Shown here piece by piece: positions 28,509 through 42,217 of a DNA stretch of 64,000 bases. Position 1 is the first letter of the stretch. Each line of letters opens with the position of its first letter. The position numbers and the translations under genes were made by a program. This DNA is from Chrysomallon squamiferum (Eukaryota; Animalia; Mollusca). The notes under the pieces are model-generated. The model saw nothing but the letters and a program-made list of their open reading frames with translations. It was not told where the DNA came from and ran no database searches. The stretch covers positions 26,536,001 to 26,600,000 of the forward strand of contig CM022671.1 of assembly GCA_012295275.1 (NCBI GenBank), written 5' to 3'.

Positions 28509-29033
28509 ATCGATGTATATTCTGACGCATGAATATATATTTGAAGAAAATAAAGTACAAAACTGATATATTAATTCGGTCAGCATAATTTTTCTTTCGT
28601 TATAGTCGAACTCGCTGCCTGCTACGTTCAGATCGTAAAAGTTGTTTTACAGCGTGTTAATAATCCCATTAATTGCTTGCGATGAAAAAAAGTATCAACA
28701 CAAACACGGCGAGATGACAAGTGTTAAACCGAAATCTTCCGATTCTTTTTATTTTTATTTATTTTTTATTTTTATAAATGACCGAATGTTTTGACGGGTT
28801 GCGGAATTTGCATCAATAAAAAAGTAATGTTCAGATATAAATCTCAATCAGTCACGTTTTCGTGTCTAAATGATGGCAGATTATCTCTCCCTGCTTCCGA
28901 ATCTGTTTATCTGGTCGTGTGAGTGATGTACGCCGACAGATCAGCGGATTAAAAACTCATATTGTTAACACTAATACGTTAATTTACTTTTCCTTTAGTT
29001 TCTGATTGGTTAATGTGACTGAGTGTAACGAGT

Positions 29034-29034
<1 letters not shown>

Positions 29035-29107
<73 letters not shown>
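29035..29107. repeat. (GA)n microsatellite
   Basis: Directly visible. Confidence 0.95.
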
Positions 29108-29109
<2 letters not shown>

Positions 29110-30259
29110 TTTAATTAAAGCAGACTGGAAGTAATTTCAACAGTAATAACCAACACCAGCGCCATCAAAAGACAGAAATGCAAAACAAAAACACCCTGTA
29201 ATAATAATAAAATAAAAGAAGAAACCCAATAAAAGCACTTTTACAAAATACCTCTACACAAATATTCCAAGTAACAGTTCAAAAAATTAAAAAACAATAT
29301 TTTCTTCAGTTTCTGCAAGTTAAAAAGATTGTCCATCATTGTCATGGGTAATGTCAAATTTCATTTGATATCAAATAATAATTAGTATTATTATATTCGT
29401 TAGCATCTTTATTTTATTTTATGTTATGTTATTTGTAAGTAATGCAGGTGGTAGGCTACTACTAAACCTGTTTGTTTTTACTGAAAGTCATTACGTAATC
29501 TGCAGCCACTGTATCAATAGGAAGATTTTTAAAAGGGAGGCTTCTTTGACGTCCCGAACACACACGGCGTCAGTTTTTGTTTCCAGCAGGACTGAACGAA
29601 ATCAGCAGTTAGTTAAAACAACAGTTATTCTAGCCGACTAGCGGGACAGGAGTGACATAACAGTGTTCTGAACGTCGCAAGTGTCCGCTCTTTGTCTTTC
29701 AGTACATCACAGCAATCAGCCGACATTCTGACTGCACCACGCGCCCAATTAACGCGCACGCTGTCAACTGATATATTACTGCAACCAGTTTCAGTTTTAC
29801 GTCAGAGTAAACGAACCCCAGATCTCACACGAAGGATCTTGTACTTTGTAGGGAATTAATTTTTTATTTTTTATTGTAAACGTAAAACAAAAAATGGAAT
29901 AATTGTCCAAGGGAAAAGTTTATAACAGTAATTTGTCGTAGTGGTTAAACACATTTATTTGAAAAGAAAGTAACGCAGTGTTCATTTCCAGATCTATTAC
30001 TTATTAACAGTTCGAATCTTTTTTTTAAGCCAATGTATACTTCGCGAGGTAGTTAATTGCTGATTTGCAAGCGGACGAACCTCGATGTCGCTGGCAGATA
30101 AGTTTGACGGACAGACAGAAGTACCGCCTTCTTAGTCAAAAAGAAACGGCGAAAGTGTTGCCAGTTAGATCAAACAAATCATTTCAACACCTTCGTCTTG
30201 GTGTTGTGTATTCAATTTGTCCCGTGTGATCATATGTTTTGCATTTCAAACCTAGGGTG

Positions 30260-30580
30260 TTAATGCATGAATCACGTGCTCCGCAGCAGCCAATCAGCGC
30301 CGAGTGATTTCCCTTCGAGGAATGTATTCACCAAAACGTGGGAGGTTGGTTTCACATTACTAGTACTCGTACGCGAGTGTACCACGGTAGGAACAGTTAT
30401 CGCGACAGACGAACGGACGTGCACGCTAATCATGGATTCTTAAAACTTGAAAAATGGCCTCCGATTTTTGCGAAGGCCTCATACAGCGGTGATCGTAGGT
30501 GCAGCGGAGGTGTAGAAATCACCGATTTTTTCGCCCTGCGACCCAGCTGAAGCGAGTAGAGTCGGCCAACATGGCGGCGA
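30260..30580 (+). promoter_or_regulatory. Probable LRIG promoter / 5' UTR (CpG-rich)
   Basis: CpG-dense stretch directly upstream of the ATG, with TCACGTG (~30272), AGCCAATCAG CCAAT box (~30288) and a YY1-like AACATGGCGGC overlapping the start codon. The TSS cannot be determined from sequence. Confidence 0.65.
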
Positions 30581-30758
30581 AAATATTGTATGTTTGTGCC
30601 GCTTTTGTTGTATGGATTTCTTACTCGGACCACAGGACGTTGGCAGCAGAACATATTCGTTGTCCCAGATCATGTAATTGTTTGGGAAACATGGTGGACT
30701 GCAGTAAGAAAGGACTGATCGAAGTTCCCAAGGATCTGCCGTCATGGGTTACAATTCT
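30571..30758 (+). CDS. LRIG: LRIG-family protein, coding exon 1 (signal peptide + LRRNT cap)
   Basis: ATG in context gccaacATGG. Translates MAAKILYVCAAFVVWISYSDHRTLAAEHIRCPRSCNCLGNMVDCSKKGLIEVPKDLPSWVTI(L): hydrophobic leader plus CPxxCxC...DCS...LPSWV cap typical of LRIG. Ends ct|GTAAGT at 30759, phase 2. Confidence 0.93.
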
Positions 30759-31783
30759 GTAAGTACAAACTTTTAAGGGGGGTAATCCCTTGTTTATGTT
30801 CGTTTCTTGTTTTCAGTTCCTTACACTTTCTTTATCTGTTTTATTTTTGTTTCAGTTCCCGTAGCAAAAATATATTTTCACACAGTTTGCGTTAGGATAG
30901 TATTTTTGTTTAATGTTTATTGTCGCTATCCTCATAATAATTTTGTTTATCTTTATTACGCGCGATTTTGTTTTAGCTGTCATATTTTTATTTTGGCCTA
31001 GATAACTGAAAATACATTTTTCACTGTCAGTATCAATATACTTCTAACTAATAACCTATATGTCATTTAGAGTACAGTAAAGTATAAAAATGTATACATA
31101 CCATATCATATTAGTATGGTATTGTTAACACCAAGTCAGTTTGTCACAATAGTAGCTCGGTGTTTATTTCGTATTACAATGTTATTTCTAAACGTAATTT
31201 AAAATAGTCAACGCTATGAAGTATTAATTGTTTCCACAAGTTTATACTTAGTACCAGTGATAATAATAATAATAGAAACAGAAATAATAGCAAAAATTAG
31301 TTTACCTTATGCATTTTTCTTCAAGAAAATTTATTAAAACTTTCAAGAAGTAGTATATGAATTTTATTTCTTTACTAAGAGCAACATATGTGAAACCTAT
31401 TATTATTATCATCATTATTAGTGTCCAAAAAATAATTCATGAGATAATGTTAAAATATGCTTTCCTGCACAAGTGGCCAAATTATGCATTGTACATGATG
31501 TAAACTGCAGAGACTGGGTAAGAGGCAGTCATCAGGCAGAGATATCTCTCATTTGGCATGGCCCAGTGAGTCGGGTGAGAGTCACAGCTGGTCAAATAAT
31601 TTGCCTGGCAAACTTGCTACCCCTTGTGGCTACAGGAAAAGTTAAAGTAATCGACTTGGTTCCACCGAGTACACACATCTCCATCAGAGAGAGCCTGTCT
31701 TCCAACATCAGTATAAATATGTGTATGTGTATATATATACCAGACACATGTGTTAAACCTCTTTTCTTCTTTTCTGAATACTG

Positions 31784-31814
<31 letters not shown>

Positions 31815-33503
31815 GAGGAGATTAAATAAAATGGAAAAAGAGCTGAGTAAGAGGCATTCATATTTAAATGTGTGTTTTTAAAAAAAAAATAATTAAAGAT
31901 TTTTAATTTTAGGTAAAAGTTTTAATATTAATATTGTTTAGATATTTCAATGAACTTGCACAACGATTAGACAATTAATAATAATAATAATAATAATAAA
32001 ATAATAACAACAGTTAATAATAATAATAATAATAAAATAACAACAACAGATTAATTGTTACAAACATAAATTAATGTTTCATTCTGACATTTAAATCTGG
32101 ACATGAATCAAAGAGACAGAATAAAATCTGAATAAATACATTTTAAAAGCAGTTTTCTAACATATCAGTGCATTTATTTTAGGATAAGACATTGATAAAA
32201 CATGTTTATGATATATCATGTTAATTAAAATTTAATTTAATATTTATTTATTTTTTACATTTGGGAACCAAATCTGTATCAGAAATTTTAAAATTAATTA
32301 ATTACTTACATCTGTTTTGATATATCAGAAAGTGAGAACTGTATTTTTGAGAACTGTTTATTTTGATTCACAGGAGAACTATATATTTGAAACATTAATT
32401 AGTTTATCTCCCGGTTTACTATAGAGCTACAGTGTGCATATGTACATGTTTGCTTAGCGCACACATATCAGACAGGACTGCACTGCATGTTCGAGGGTTG
32501 AAAAAATGTGTAAAGTTCTTGGCGTATGTAAATCCCAGTGAGTATCAAGTGCACATGGACTGCATCGTCACCAACTTCCACAGTGTCAACACTGGGCTTT
32601 GCACGTTGTCAGTGAAAACCACAGATTACATGGCCATCTTTTGAAGTGTGTAGAATCAACATGGCCGTCTTTTTCAAACAGAACTGAATTTGTCTCATTC
32701 ACTGCGGCGTGTATGCTTTTGAGGTGGAATACTCAGCCTCCAAATGTGACACCGAGGTAGCGAATGTGCCACCAAATGTCTTCACTGCCAGGTGTCTGTT
32801 TGTCCATCCACTCTTGGACATTGGTTGCACAAACAGATGTTGGTTAAATAAAGAAAAAAAGTTGCAAAAGTTTTTTTTAAATTCTCCTGAATAAAATATC
32901 CTCTATTTTTTTTTGGGGGGTGGTGTCTTTTTTAACTCATATTATATAGGACACTTATAAATACTCTGTGGTGTTTGTTTCAAACTAATTCAAAATTGAT
33001 ATTATATTTTTTTAGTATTTTATACTGCTTTATATATTGAAATTTCAATGTAATTGAGGTAATTCTTCAGAAAATTCAATTACTAAGTTAAATAGATTTT
33101 GAAAAAAAAAAAGAGTTAGGTAGAGAGAGAAAAAAGTACAATGAGAAAAAAAAGAATAAGACCAGTGCAGCACAGGGTGCTTATATTAAAGACCCTGTTG
33201 ACAAATGTTACATTTAAAGGAAAAATGCTTTACATTTTTACTTGTGTTTTATGCTGCTATGTAAATCATAGTTAGTTTTTCTGTACATGTATCTGCTTGA
33301 TGTCAGTAGGTTAATTGAAAACAAATAAATACTATTTGTATTTTCTATTATACATTGGTAAATGTTACCTTAACAATACAAACAGAATAATTTTATCCCA
33401 AAACTTAATACACATATGACTTAAAAAATATCCACATTATTAATATAAATAGTCTTACAGTGGCATGACTATCTTATATTTATTGTTGTATTTATTGTTT
33501 CAG

Positions 33504-33575
33504 GGATTTAAATTCAAATGGAATATCTGCTTTACATGAAGGCGACTTCAGTGGATTACCCAATCTTGAAAAACT
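33504..33575 (+). CDS. LRIG: LRIG exon 2 (72 nt, one LRR)
   Basis: tgtttcAG|g acceptor; DLNSNGISALHEGDFSGLPNLEK(L); ct|GTAAGT donor; in frame with exon 1. Confidence 0.9.
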
Positions 33576-36500
33576 GTAAGTAATTTCTCAATTTTTCAAA
33601 CTTGTTTTCAGGATGGTCCAGTAAAAAATAACAAAATAACTGATGTGTCCCAAAAGACATAATGAGACAACAGACATTGTTTTATAAAATGATCACTGTA
33701 CATTTATTACGTAGTAGCATTTTTATGAAAAGGAAGTAACAGGAGTTTCATGTCCATTCAGTGATTACTTGTGGACCAGCCACTGTTTATAGATGTATTC
33801 TGTGGTTTACACATAACTGACAGACAGCACTCACCTGCGTTTTGTAAACCATTTTTCTGTCTCGCTGTTACCTCAGAATCTATCAGTATCAGTCTGTTAC
33901 TTTAAGTTAGGTTGAAATGACATTCAACAATACATACCAAAACTGAACTGTTACCAATTACAGTTATTAAACCTGTATTAGAAATCTGGTGTGTCTTTAT
34001 TATTTGGAATCTTGTATAGTATTATATCACAGTTTTGAAAATCAGGGTTTTATTCATGTAAGTGCCGCATTAAGTATAATAATAAATATTCAGTTATATC
34101 TAATTATACTGAGCTTTGGAAAAACACTGATGCTATTTTAAGCCAGTTGCTATATTAAGTGTATTAGACAAGACAGTACATACCAAATATTATCATTATA
34201 TACATTGGAGTGGGTGATGACTGGTGTGTTGGCAACATCCAGTGTTGATATAACTCTGATTTTGACACTTGCCAGACAAAGAAAAAAGAGCTATGTTTTA
34301 AAAAAAGTCTTCACATTTCATGTACTTTCACTGTGTTTCTAACCCACTTGAGCATTAAAGAATTCCACACACCCAGACAAGGTCAACCTTGTTTTTCTCT
34401 ACACCTCTAGAGTCCTGTGTTTTCTAATACATCTAAGTAAGAGTGGGTTTTCAGGGGATTTTTTGCTGGTTATTGTGTTATGTTCCATTTGAAATAGATT
34501 TTTTTTTTTTAAAGAAGATAATTATGATAAAACTGATATATAGCTTTATATTTACCCCTCTCTCTTGATACATATATAAAATACAGTGTTTGCTATTGAT
34601 CTGTATTTTAAAAATTAATTCATCTTCAGCTTTTTGCAATATTAACACAATATGATGTATGAAGTGTTGACATCTGCATCTTAAACAATAATTAATCTCC
34701 AGTCTCCTCTCTGCTCCATCTGTCTGTCTGGATGTTATGAGTTCAATCGGAGTTAATTACACAGAATGGGGTGGAAGCCTGTGAAAACAAACAGTGCGTT
34801 GGAAACACAGCTCCAGATCGCACCTCCATGTCTGCAAGACCCCCCACCACCTCTGTGTTCGGAGTCTCCGGTAATTGACAATTAATTTACTAGTCATTCT
34901 TGGTTAATTGTTGCAACACTGCTTCCACTGAGCTGTGTTGTCTCTAATAGAGACAGGCAGTGAAGCTGTATGTGTTGGTAATGTTGCAGGGGAATGGTGA
35001 TGACAGGCATGTTAGAACAACCACGACGAAGACAGTATTCCCTTCTTAATAATGCACACTAACTATAATGACATATAGCATTATCGGATTATGTTTGTAG
35101 CTTATGTTTTTAATGATGAAAATGACAGCACTGTAGGCTTATATTGCTATTAATGAGTTATGGGGTTATTATAAGGATATGAAAATGGTAATGAACAGAA
35201 GAATGATGATGGTGGTAAATTTGGGTTCCTTTGCAGTAATGATAAATGAAAAGAAAAATAAATTTTTTTCTTCTTCTTAGTCGCATGGTAATTATTGTCT
35301 AAGTATTTTGAATCAGCATTTTTATTATCAGTGTGATGATACATACATGTGATATTGCACACCCGAGGACATGTTGCAGAGACATGACAGGAAACTGATT
35401 TGTTTTAACTGATAGTAGACTCTGGTCCAGTTCAAAATTCAAAGATTACCTCTGGTGACACCAGATGACAGCTACTCTGCAGTGATAACCCAAAAACGTC
35501 TCAATGTTAGGGATGGTTTTTTTCCTTTATTTCTGTTTAGCCCTGAGCATTGCTGGAATATGCGTAAAATCTTAAGGATGTCCTTGTATGTAAATAATCT
35601 AAATAAACATATTAGCATTTTTTAATCAGCTTATTTCATTCCATATCCAGAATTGTTGGGTTTTTTTTATGTGTGTGTGTGTGTGTGTGTGTTTTAACCC
35701 TTTACATAGCCATCTGTAAGTACATATTCTTCTGCTTTCTTAAGATTCAGTTAATACTTTACAATTTAATGCAAGTCAGCTCACATGCGAATTGCCACAT
35801 AACACCTTCTGCAGGTGGGCAGGTAACAGTAAACGGACAGAGAGACAAAAGCAGACTGACAGAGGACAGTCTTTTGAAAAGAAATTCATACCGTTAACAA
35901 TTTTAAATCTACAATAATCTAAAAATTCAATTGAACAAAAAGCATAACCAAATTTATTTATTTCCAAGTTTAAGGGTATTTAATTTTAATTTTTTTTTTT
36001 TTTTTTTTGTAAATTTTTTTTTACTTCAGAAAGAAAAAAATTCTTTCTTTGTCTTAGGAGACAAGACACAAATAACAATCTTGAAAAATAAAAAATAAAA
36101 CTCATTTATTTAACCTTTATTTATTTATTTATTTTATACTAGCTTGGATTTTTGCCAGGATGTTCCTGAAGACTATTTTTTTGATACAGTGACTTTGTAA
36201 TAATTTTGGGTTACACACTTCACATGGAAAAAAGTACTATCAGTTGGGACATTAATTAGAAATATTAGTACTGAAATTGCTTTAAACAGTTGAAGAATGT
36301 AGTAATATGATAACTGAATGTATTCAGTAGCTCCAGGACATAAAACAACTTTACTCATTAATTTTATTTTTGTTCATTTATATAGTCACTTGTGTTTTGA
36401 TATCCTGACAGTTATGTTTTATAGATCAAACATGATTTTTATGTATACATATATACACATATACACAAGCATTTATATACAAAAATGTACATATGTAAAC

Positions 36501-37264
36501 ATATAAATACACATAATTGAATATATTTATTTAGGTATACACATACAAACACCTATTCACATACATACACACATACATTTACACACACACACGTGTACAT
36601 TTTTGTATATAAGTGTGTTTATGTATGTGTATATATGTATACATAAAAAGTATATATATATATATACATACATACAGTCACATTTCTGTTTGATACAAGA
36701 TGGTATTTTATACGTCTCTATCATTACTTGATATGAAGTTGTCAAGTGTATAAACTGATACAAGCATGTAAAATATGAAGTAGAACGCAAGTTATTATTT
36801 GATATGCAGTTTCTGTGTGGATATCAATTTGTCAGTGCGCTGTTGGCTTTGACCTGTGAATATCTTTCACCACCTCTGCACTCTGTGGCAGTGAAATTTG
36901 AGAAATTTGTCAGCTTGAAACATCTCTCCACAAACTCAACTGGAGCAGACGTTCAGCAGCAGATGTGTTCATCAGACATTACTGATCTGTTGTGTAACCT
37001 TTTCATGTGGCTGACTGGCTTTAGCCATGCTTTCTTAGTAGTGGTTGTATTCTTTTACATGGTAGTACCTACAAAGTTGCAGCAGTTAACTGGTTCAGTA
37101 GAGACTGAATTATAAATTTTATTTGTCATTATTGTTGAATTATTGTTTCTATTTTAATAATTTTTATTACTGTATTATTAATATTATTTTTTTAAAGTTT
37201 TACTTGACAAATATATCTTCATACAGTAGTTTGCATAGATCATTAAACATTACATTTTGTTTGT

Positions 37265-37308
<44 letters not shown>

Positions 37309-39223
37309 ATTTTTTTAATGAAAATTTAATTTTATAAAAATCCAATCAGTCATTCTTTTTATTTCTTTTATTATTTTTTAATGCAATTTCTGGAAGTATT
37401 ACATTAAATAAGCTCACATACATTTCCTTGCTGGAATTCTTATGATCTAAGAAAAAAAAAAAAAAAAAAATGTTATCAACAAGTCTGCAGATTTTCACAT
37501 AAGCCAGATTTCCAAGTTTTACTTTATTAACAGATAGAAGCCAAACATCTATGGAAATCTATTGGCTGAACTTTTTCCCGAATTTGAAACTTTTTCTCCT
37601 GGGTTATCAAGTTCCCTCGGCAAGTATCTGTTCATAGCAGCTGCAATACTTTGCCATTGATTTAATGCACACAGTGACTTGGAGTGAACCATTAATGTGA
37701 AATGGTGATATGAAAATGTGTGTGATTCAGCCCAAACTTTGAAACTGACACTACTGGGTAAGGTGTCTTGTCCCAGGCATGCAGGTGGGGGGAAAGGCAT
37801 GCAGTATATCACAGGCCCCTTTCATCAGTGGACTCTTTAGGGGTTGCCTTACCCCCCTTTCTCAGTTCACCACCTTTAATAATTGCTGGTTGATCTCGTA
37901 GTGAATAAAGGAGACCTTCCCAACCCACCTTAATAAAATGTAAATGTTCATTTTGGAATGCACCAACAGTAGATAATTTGTAACTTAAAACAAATAATTA
38001 AACAAAACGACAGTCGGTGTTGGGGGGGAAAGGAATGTGACTGTCTGACTGTCTGTCTGACTGTCCATCCATATTCAGTTTTGTTTTACTGAATATATCA
38101 GATTAATTTGAAAAAAAAAAAAAAAATGATGAGCCAGAAAGAAGATTGTTCTGTGTTTTGGTGAATGTTTTAGAGTAGATTGTATTTAACTTGTTAAAAA
38201 GGATGAAAACAGTGAGAAAATGGGATTTTGATTGTTTCTGTCAGTTGTGTCTTGTAGTAATTAAAAGAAATAATAAGACCATGTCTCTTGGTCTTTATTT
38301 TACTTCATTTTTTTAAGTTTTTGAATATTATTACAGATTATTACATCAAGGAATTTATATTTGATATAATTTAAAAAATAATACAAAGGATAGCAATCTA
38401 CATCTGTGTTTTCTGTTTCTTTCTCATAAAGGTTTTAGTGGAATGGGCAAGTTACAAATAATAATTGGATTACTTTTGTACAAACTTTGTTGTATAAAGA
38501 CGATTAAAAAGAACTCCATTCAAATTTCAGATTTTACTTCAAAGTATTCAAAGTTATTAAAAAAAACCCTGCTTTTCATCCTGAAAACCTTTTCTGAGTC
38601 AAAAACTGGAAGATAAATTATTCATAGGCAAAATGGATAAGAGAAAACAAGTACAATTTCCATCATCATCAGAGGTTGGGGGTGATGGCAGTTGGGGAAG
38701 AAAGCAAATATTTGAAACTGTTTGAAGAAGAATATTTGTTGATCATTGTCAGCAAAGTACATTCAAATGTGAGAAGATCCATTTCGCGGAGAGCGAAATA
38801 TACACATGCCATACGAAATCAATAACGTTAGTCAATTTCATAACTCTCCTTGTTTATTCAACATTAATGCAGTGAAAAGAGAAACAGTTTCATTTCGCTA
38901 AGTGAGATAATGTTCAGCTGATACTGTCATGCTTAACATTCGTAAACGTTTTTATATCTCTGATTTTAATTTCCTCAGCACCCAGTAGGTTATCAGAAAA
39001 CTAGTTTTGTCAATAAGACTTTGAGAATAAAATATATATATATACATTGATAATAGAAGGTGGTAGAGATATTGTTAAGTATGAAGCTTAATATGCAGTC
39101 TAATTTGTTATAGTGCCTCTGATGGTTTTTTGACTAATGAATAAAAATCAAAATTTTTTATCTTATGTTTTGTTTAATTTTATTTATTTATTTTTTAAAC
39201 ATAATTTTTTCTTTTTATCTTTT

Positions 39224-39256
<33 letters not shown>

Positions 39257-42066
39257 TATTCTGTTGTATAATTTATTTATTTTAAATTTAATAAAAAGAA
39301 AAAAAAATGTTTGGGATTCTTAAAGAACACTTTTGGTAATCTTAGTATTTTTCACAATTGACAGTGTGGAACACACTTTACTGGGTTTGGCTTAGTCAGA
39401 TTAGACATTGTGCAGTAAAGCCATTACATTTTTATTTCAGTTCAGCTTAAGCAATAAAAAGCAAGTGATATCAAATTTAATTTTTTTTTAATGTTTTAAA
39501 GCAGAACAAAAACAAACAAAAAACCAAACAATTTTTCCATTGAATCCTAAATAGCAGAAGAAAAAATTACCAAACGAAAAAAAAGGTGGAATAATAAATA
39601 ATGTAATGGTTTTGAAAAAAAACACAAACAAATAAAAAAGATAAATGGTTTTAACAGAATTTGTTTTTAGGATTTTAATGTTTCTTGATAAATAAAAAAT
39701 AAAATAAAATTTTGGTTATTGTGTTACTGAAAAACCTTTTCTGCAAGTCCACATACCAAAATGGACCAGTCATCTAGAAGAATGTAGTTGAAAGGTGTTA
39801 TCTAAAGACAAACTGATTAAAATTCTGTGAGACTTAAGTAAAAAAAAAAAAAAACCTGCTTTAGAAGGTTACACAGCCCTCAAGGTAAGTATGCAGAGCT
39901 CATGAGTTGGAGTGTATGAAAATAAAAGAAGGACCAACTTGAACAAGAACGGTTAAAGAAAACTCCAGCCTTTCTGGACCCTTTTAAGCATTGTGAAGCC
40001 TTAGCCCAGGTGTACTGGGCAAGTGGAATAAGCTCGGAATTGTTTCCATCATGCTAATCCTGAGAAATAACCATTGGGTCCCGTGCTTGAGAAACGAGAC
40101 ATTGTTGAAAGAAAAGAACCTCTTGAACCAAGCCTAAAGAAAGCCTGCTCTTCAGTTTGTCAATGCCTGCCCCCTGTGTCCAACGAAACAATGTCACCCC
40201 CATGGCTGTTATTGTCCTGGCTTTTATACGTGGTTTTTTCATTTGAATAAACTGCATGGTGAATAACCACTGTGTGAGTAAACTAGAGGAGCTCGGTTTG
40301 TTCAGGGAGTGGGAGAGGGTGGAGAGGGATAGCTTGTTCTACCACACTGACACAAATAATATTGATGTAGTTTTAAGAGCTGTTGTAATCAGTTTGTGAC
40401 TGTCATGTCTCATAATAATCCCGACATAAAAAGTATATATCATATTTTATCATAGGTAGGTAGGGATGGTATAAAATTACTTAAATTATAAGGGGTGAAA
40501 AAAAAAAAAAAAAAAAAAAAAATGTATTATAGATTTCATTGTAATTTGTGCCAGAAAGAAAGACAAAAGGATTGAGAGACATGCTAGTTTTGAAAAAGCT
40601 TTATTAAATTAATTTTTAATAGATCATAATACATGAACAGTTTTTTTTAACTACCACCCACACTCCAGTTCCTTTATCTGTTAAAACTTCCATCCAACTG
40701 CATACACCTTTATTTTTTTATTTTTTATATTTATTTAGTTTTTGTTCCTTCTCTCTCACTCTTATCCCGGTGGAATCTATATCTCCCAATTTGTCTGTCA
40801 TGTTGTTACGATATTGAGAACTGATACCATATCACCAGTGTGGCAAGCTTTCTGCATTTAGTGGCTTGCTTGCAATAACAGATCTGCCAGGTGTCCCGAG
40901 CTGATAACATCAGATACCCAGCCAAACAGTTTTTTGTACAATGACTTTCAAGATGGCTGTCACTGGCTGATACAAAATACAGACCAATTCACAGACTGAT
41001 GCACTTGATTGATATTTTATAAAAGCGACTGGTATAATGTGACTTTGACCAGGTTTTTTTTTTCTTTTTTTTTCCCTTGTAGTTTGTTTATTTGAAATGT
41101 TATAGGTGGAAATTTGAAACAGTATTTGCTTTATCATGATTTTATAGCTGGAAATGATACAGGAGTTTTATTTATTTATCTGTTTATTTATTTATATAGT
41201 TATTTATTTATTTATTTATATTTTCACAATAATTTATCTATTTATTTTTTTTATATTATAGTTTACAATTATTTTTTTACTAATATTTATGTATTTATTT
41301 TATTATTAAAAAAGAAGTATTGCATTTGGTACAGTGAAAGAAAAACAAAAACAAAACTAGTAACTGATATGTTGATAATTAATACATATTTTTAATAATT
41401 TTATAATCTTTAGTACTTCTTATATATATATATATATATATGTGTGTTTTCAGTTTAATTGTTTACTCTGTGTACAGATATGTGTGTGTGTGTGTATACA
41501 TAATTTAATAGTTTACTATTTCTCAAGTCACTGGGTTAAATGGATTTCCAAACAAGCTGTATTAGTTACAACAAATAAATAGTCTTGTTATCTTCTCTTC
41601 CTCATACCTGTTACTGTACATAGACACATGTACATATCACCATTAATATTCAGTTAATGCATCAAACGTCAGATACTTGACTTTTATAAAATCTGTTTTT
41701 TTTAAAAAAAAGGGACATTTCTACATGTTCGTCTTCTCAGCCTGGTTTTGTTGATACGTGTAATGACCTGTGTGTCAGTAGGGACATGTTGTTTGTCACT
41801 GGAAGTGAGAAATATATTGTCTCCATGTCATTTTCTGGCAATGTGGCAATAAATTGTCTAGTTTAGATAAGCGAGTGCTGGCTGTGTAGTTTGAGAAATT
41901 GAATCAGTGGGCTGAAATTAATGTGTGAAGTGTTTATCTGGCCGCGCTGCGATACTGTTGTGAGCACTTGTAAACAGGCCTTTATCAGCACCTGGCTGGC
42001 TGCTGCCTTTTTATTAAAAACTCTTGATAAAGATTCAGTTTTTTTTTTAAATCTTGTGGAATAAAC

Positions 42067-42217
42067 AAAAATATCAACAACCCAGTTCATCGAATTATCA
42101 TTTTAAAAATAATTGAAGTAACAGTTTTTAAAATTTCATCGAAAATACAAAAATCAACAGCCCAGTTTGTTGAATTTTCATTTTTTTAAATAACTGGAGT
42201 ACAGTGTTTTGAATTTA
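42067..42217. repeat. Diverged tandem duplication, ~80-bp period
   Basis: atcaacaacccagttcatcgaattatcatttt...aataattgaagtaacagt versus atcaacagcccagtttgttgaattttcatttt...aataactggagtacagt. Confidence 0.75.

Noticed and set aside
30499-30570. N-terminal extension in ORF 30499..30762
   Set aside because: It starts at GTG. The real start is most likely ATG 30571, which has a good context and is followed by the signal peptide. The ORF's stop lies in the intron donor.
35651-35721. ct|GTAAGT in intron 2 as an additional hidden LRR exon
   Set aside because: The upstream sequence is T/TG repeat with no 72-nt LRR-coding frame. Similar donors at ~39885 and ~55336 also lack a coding exon.
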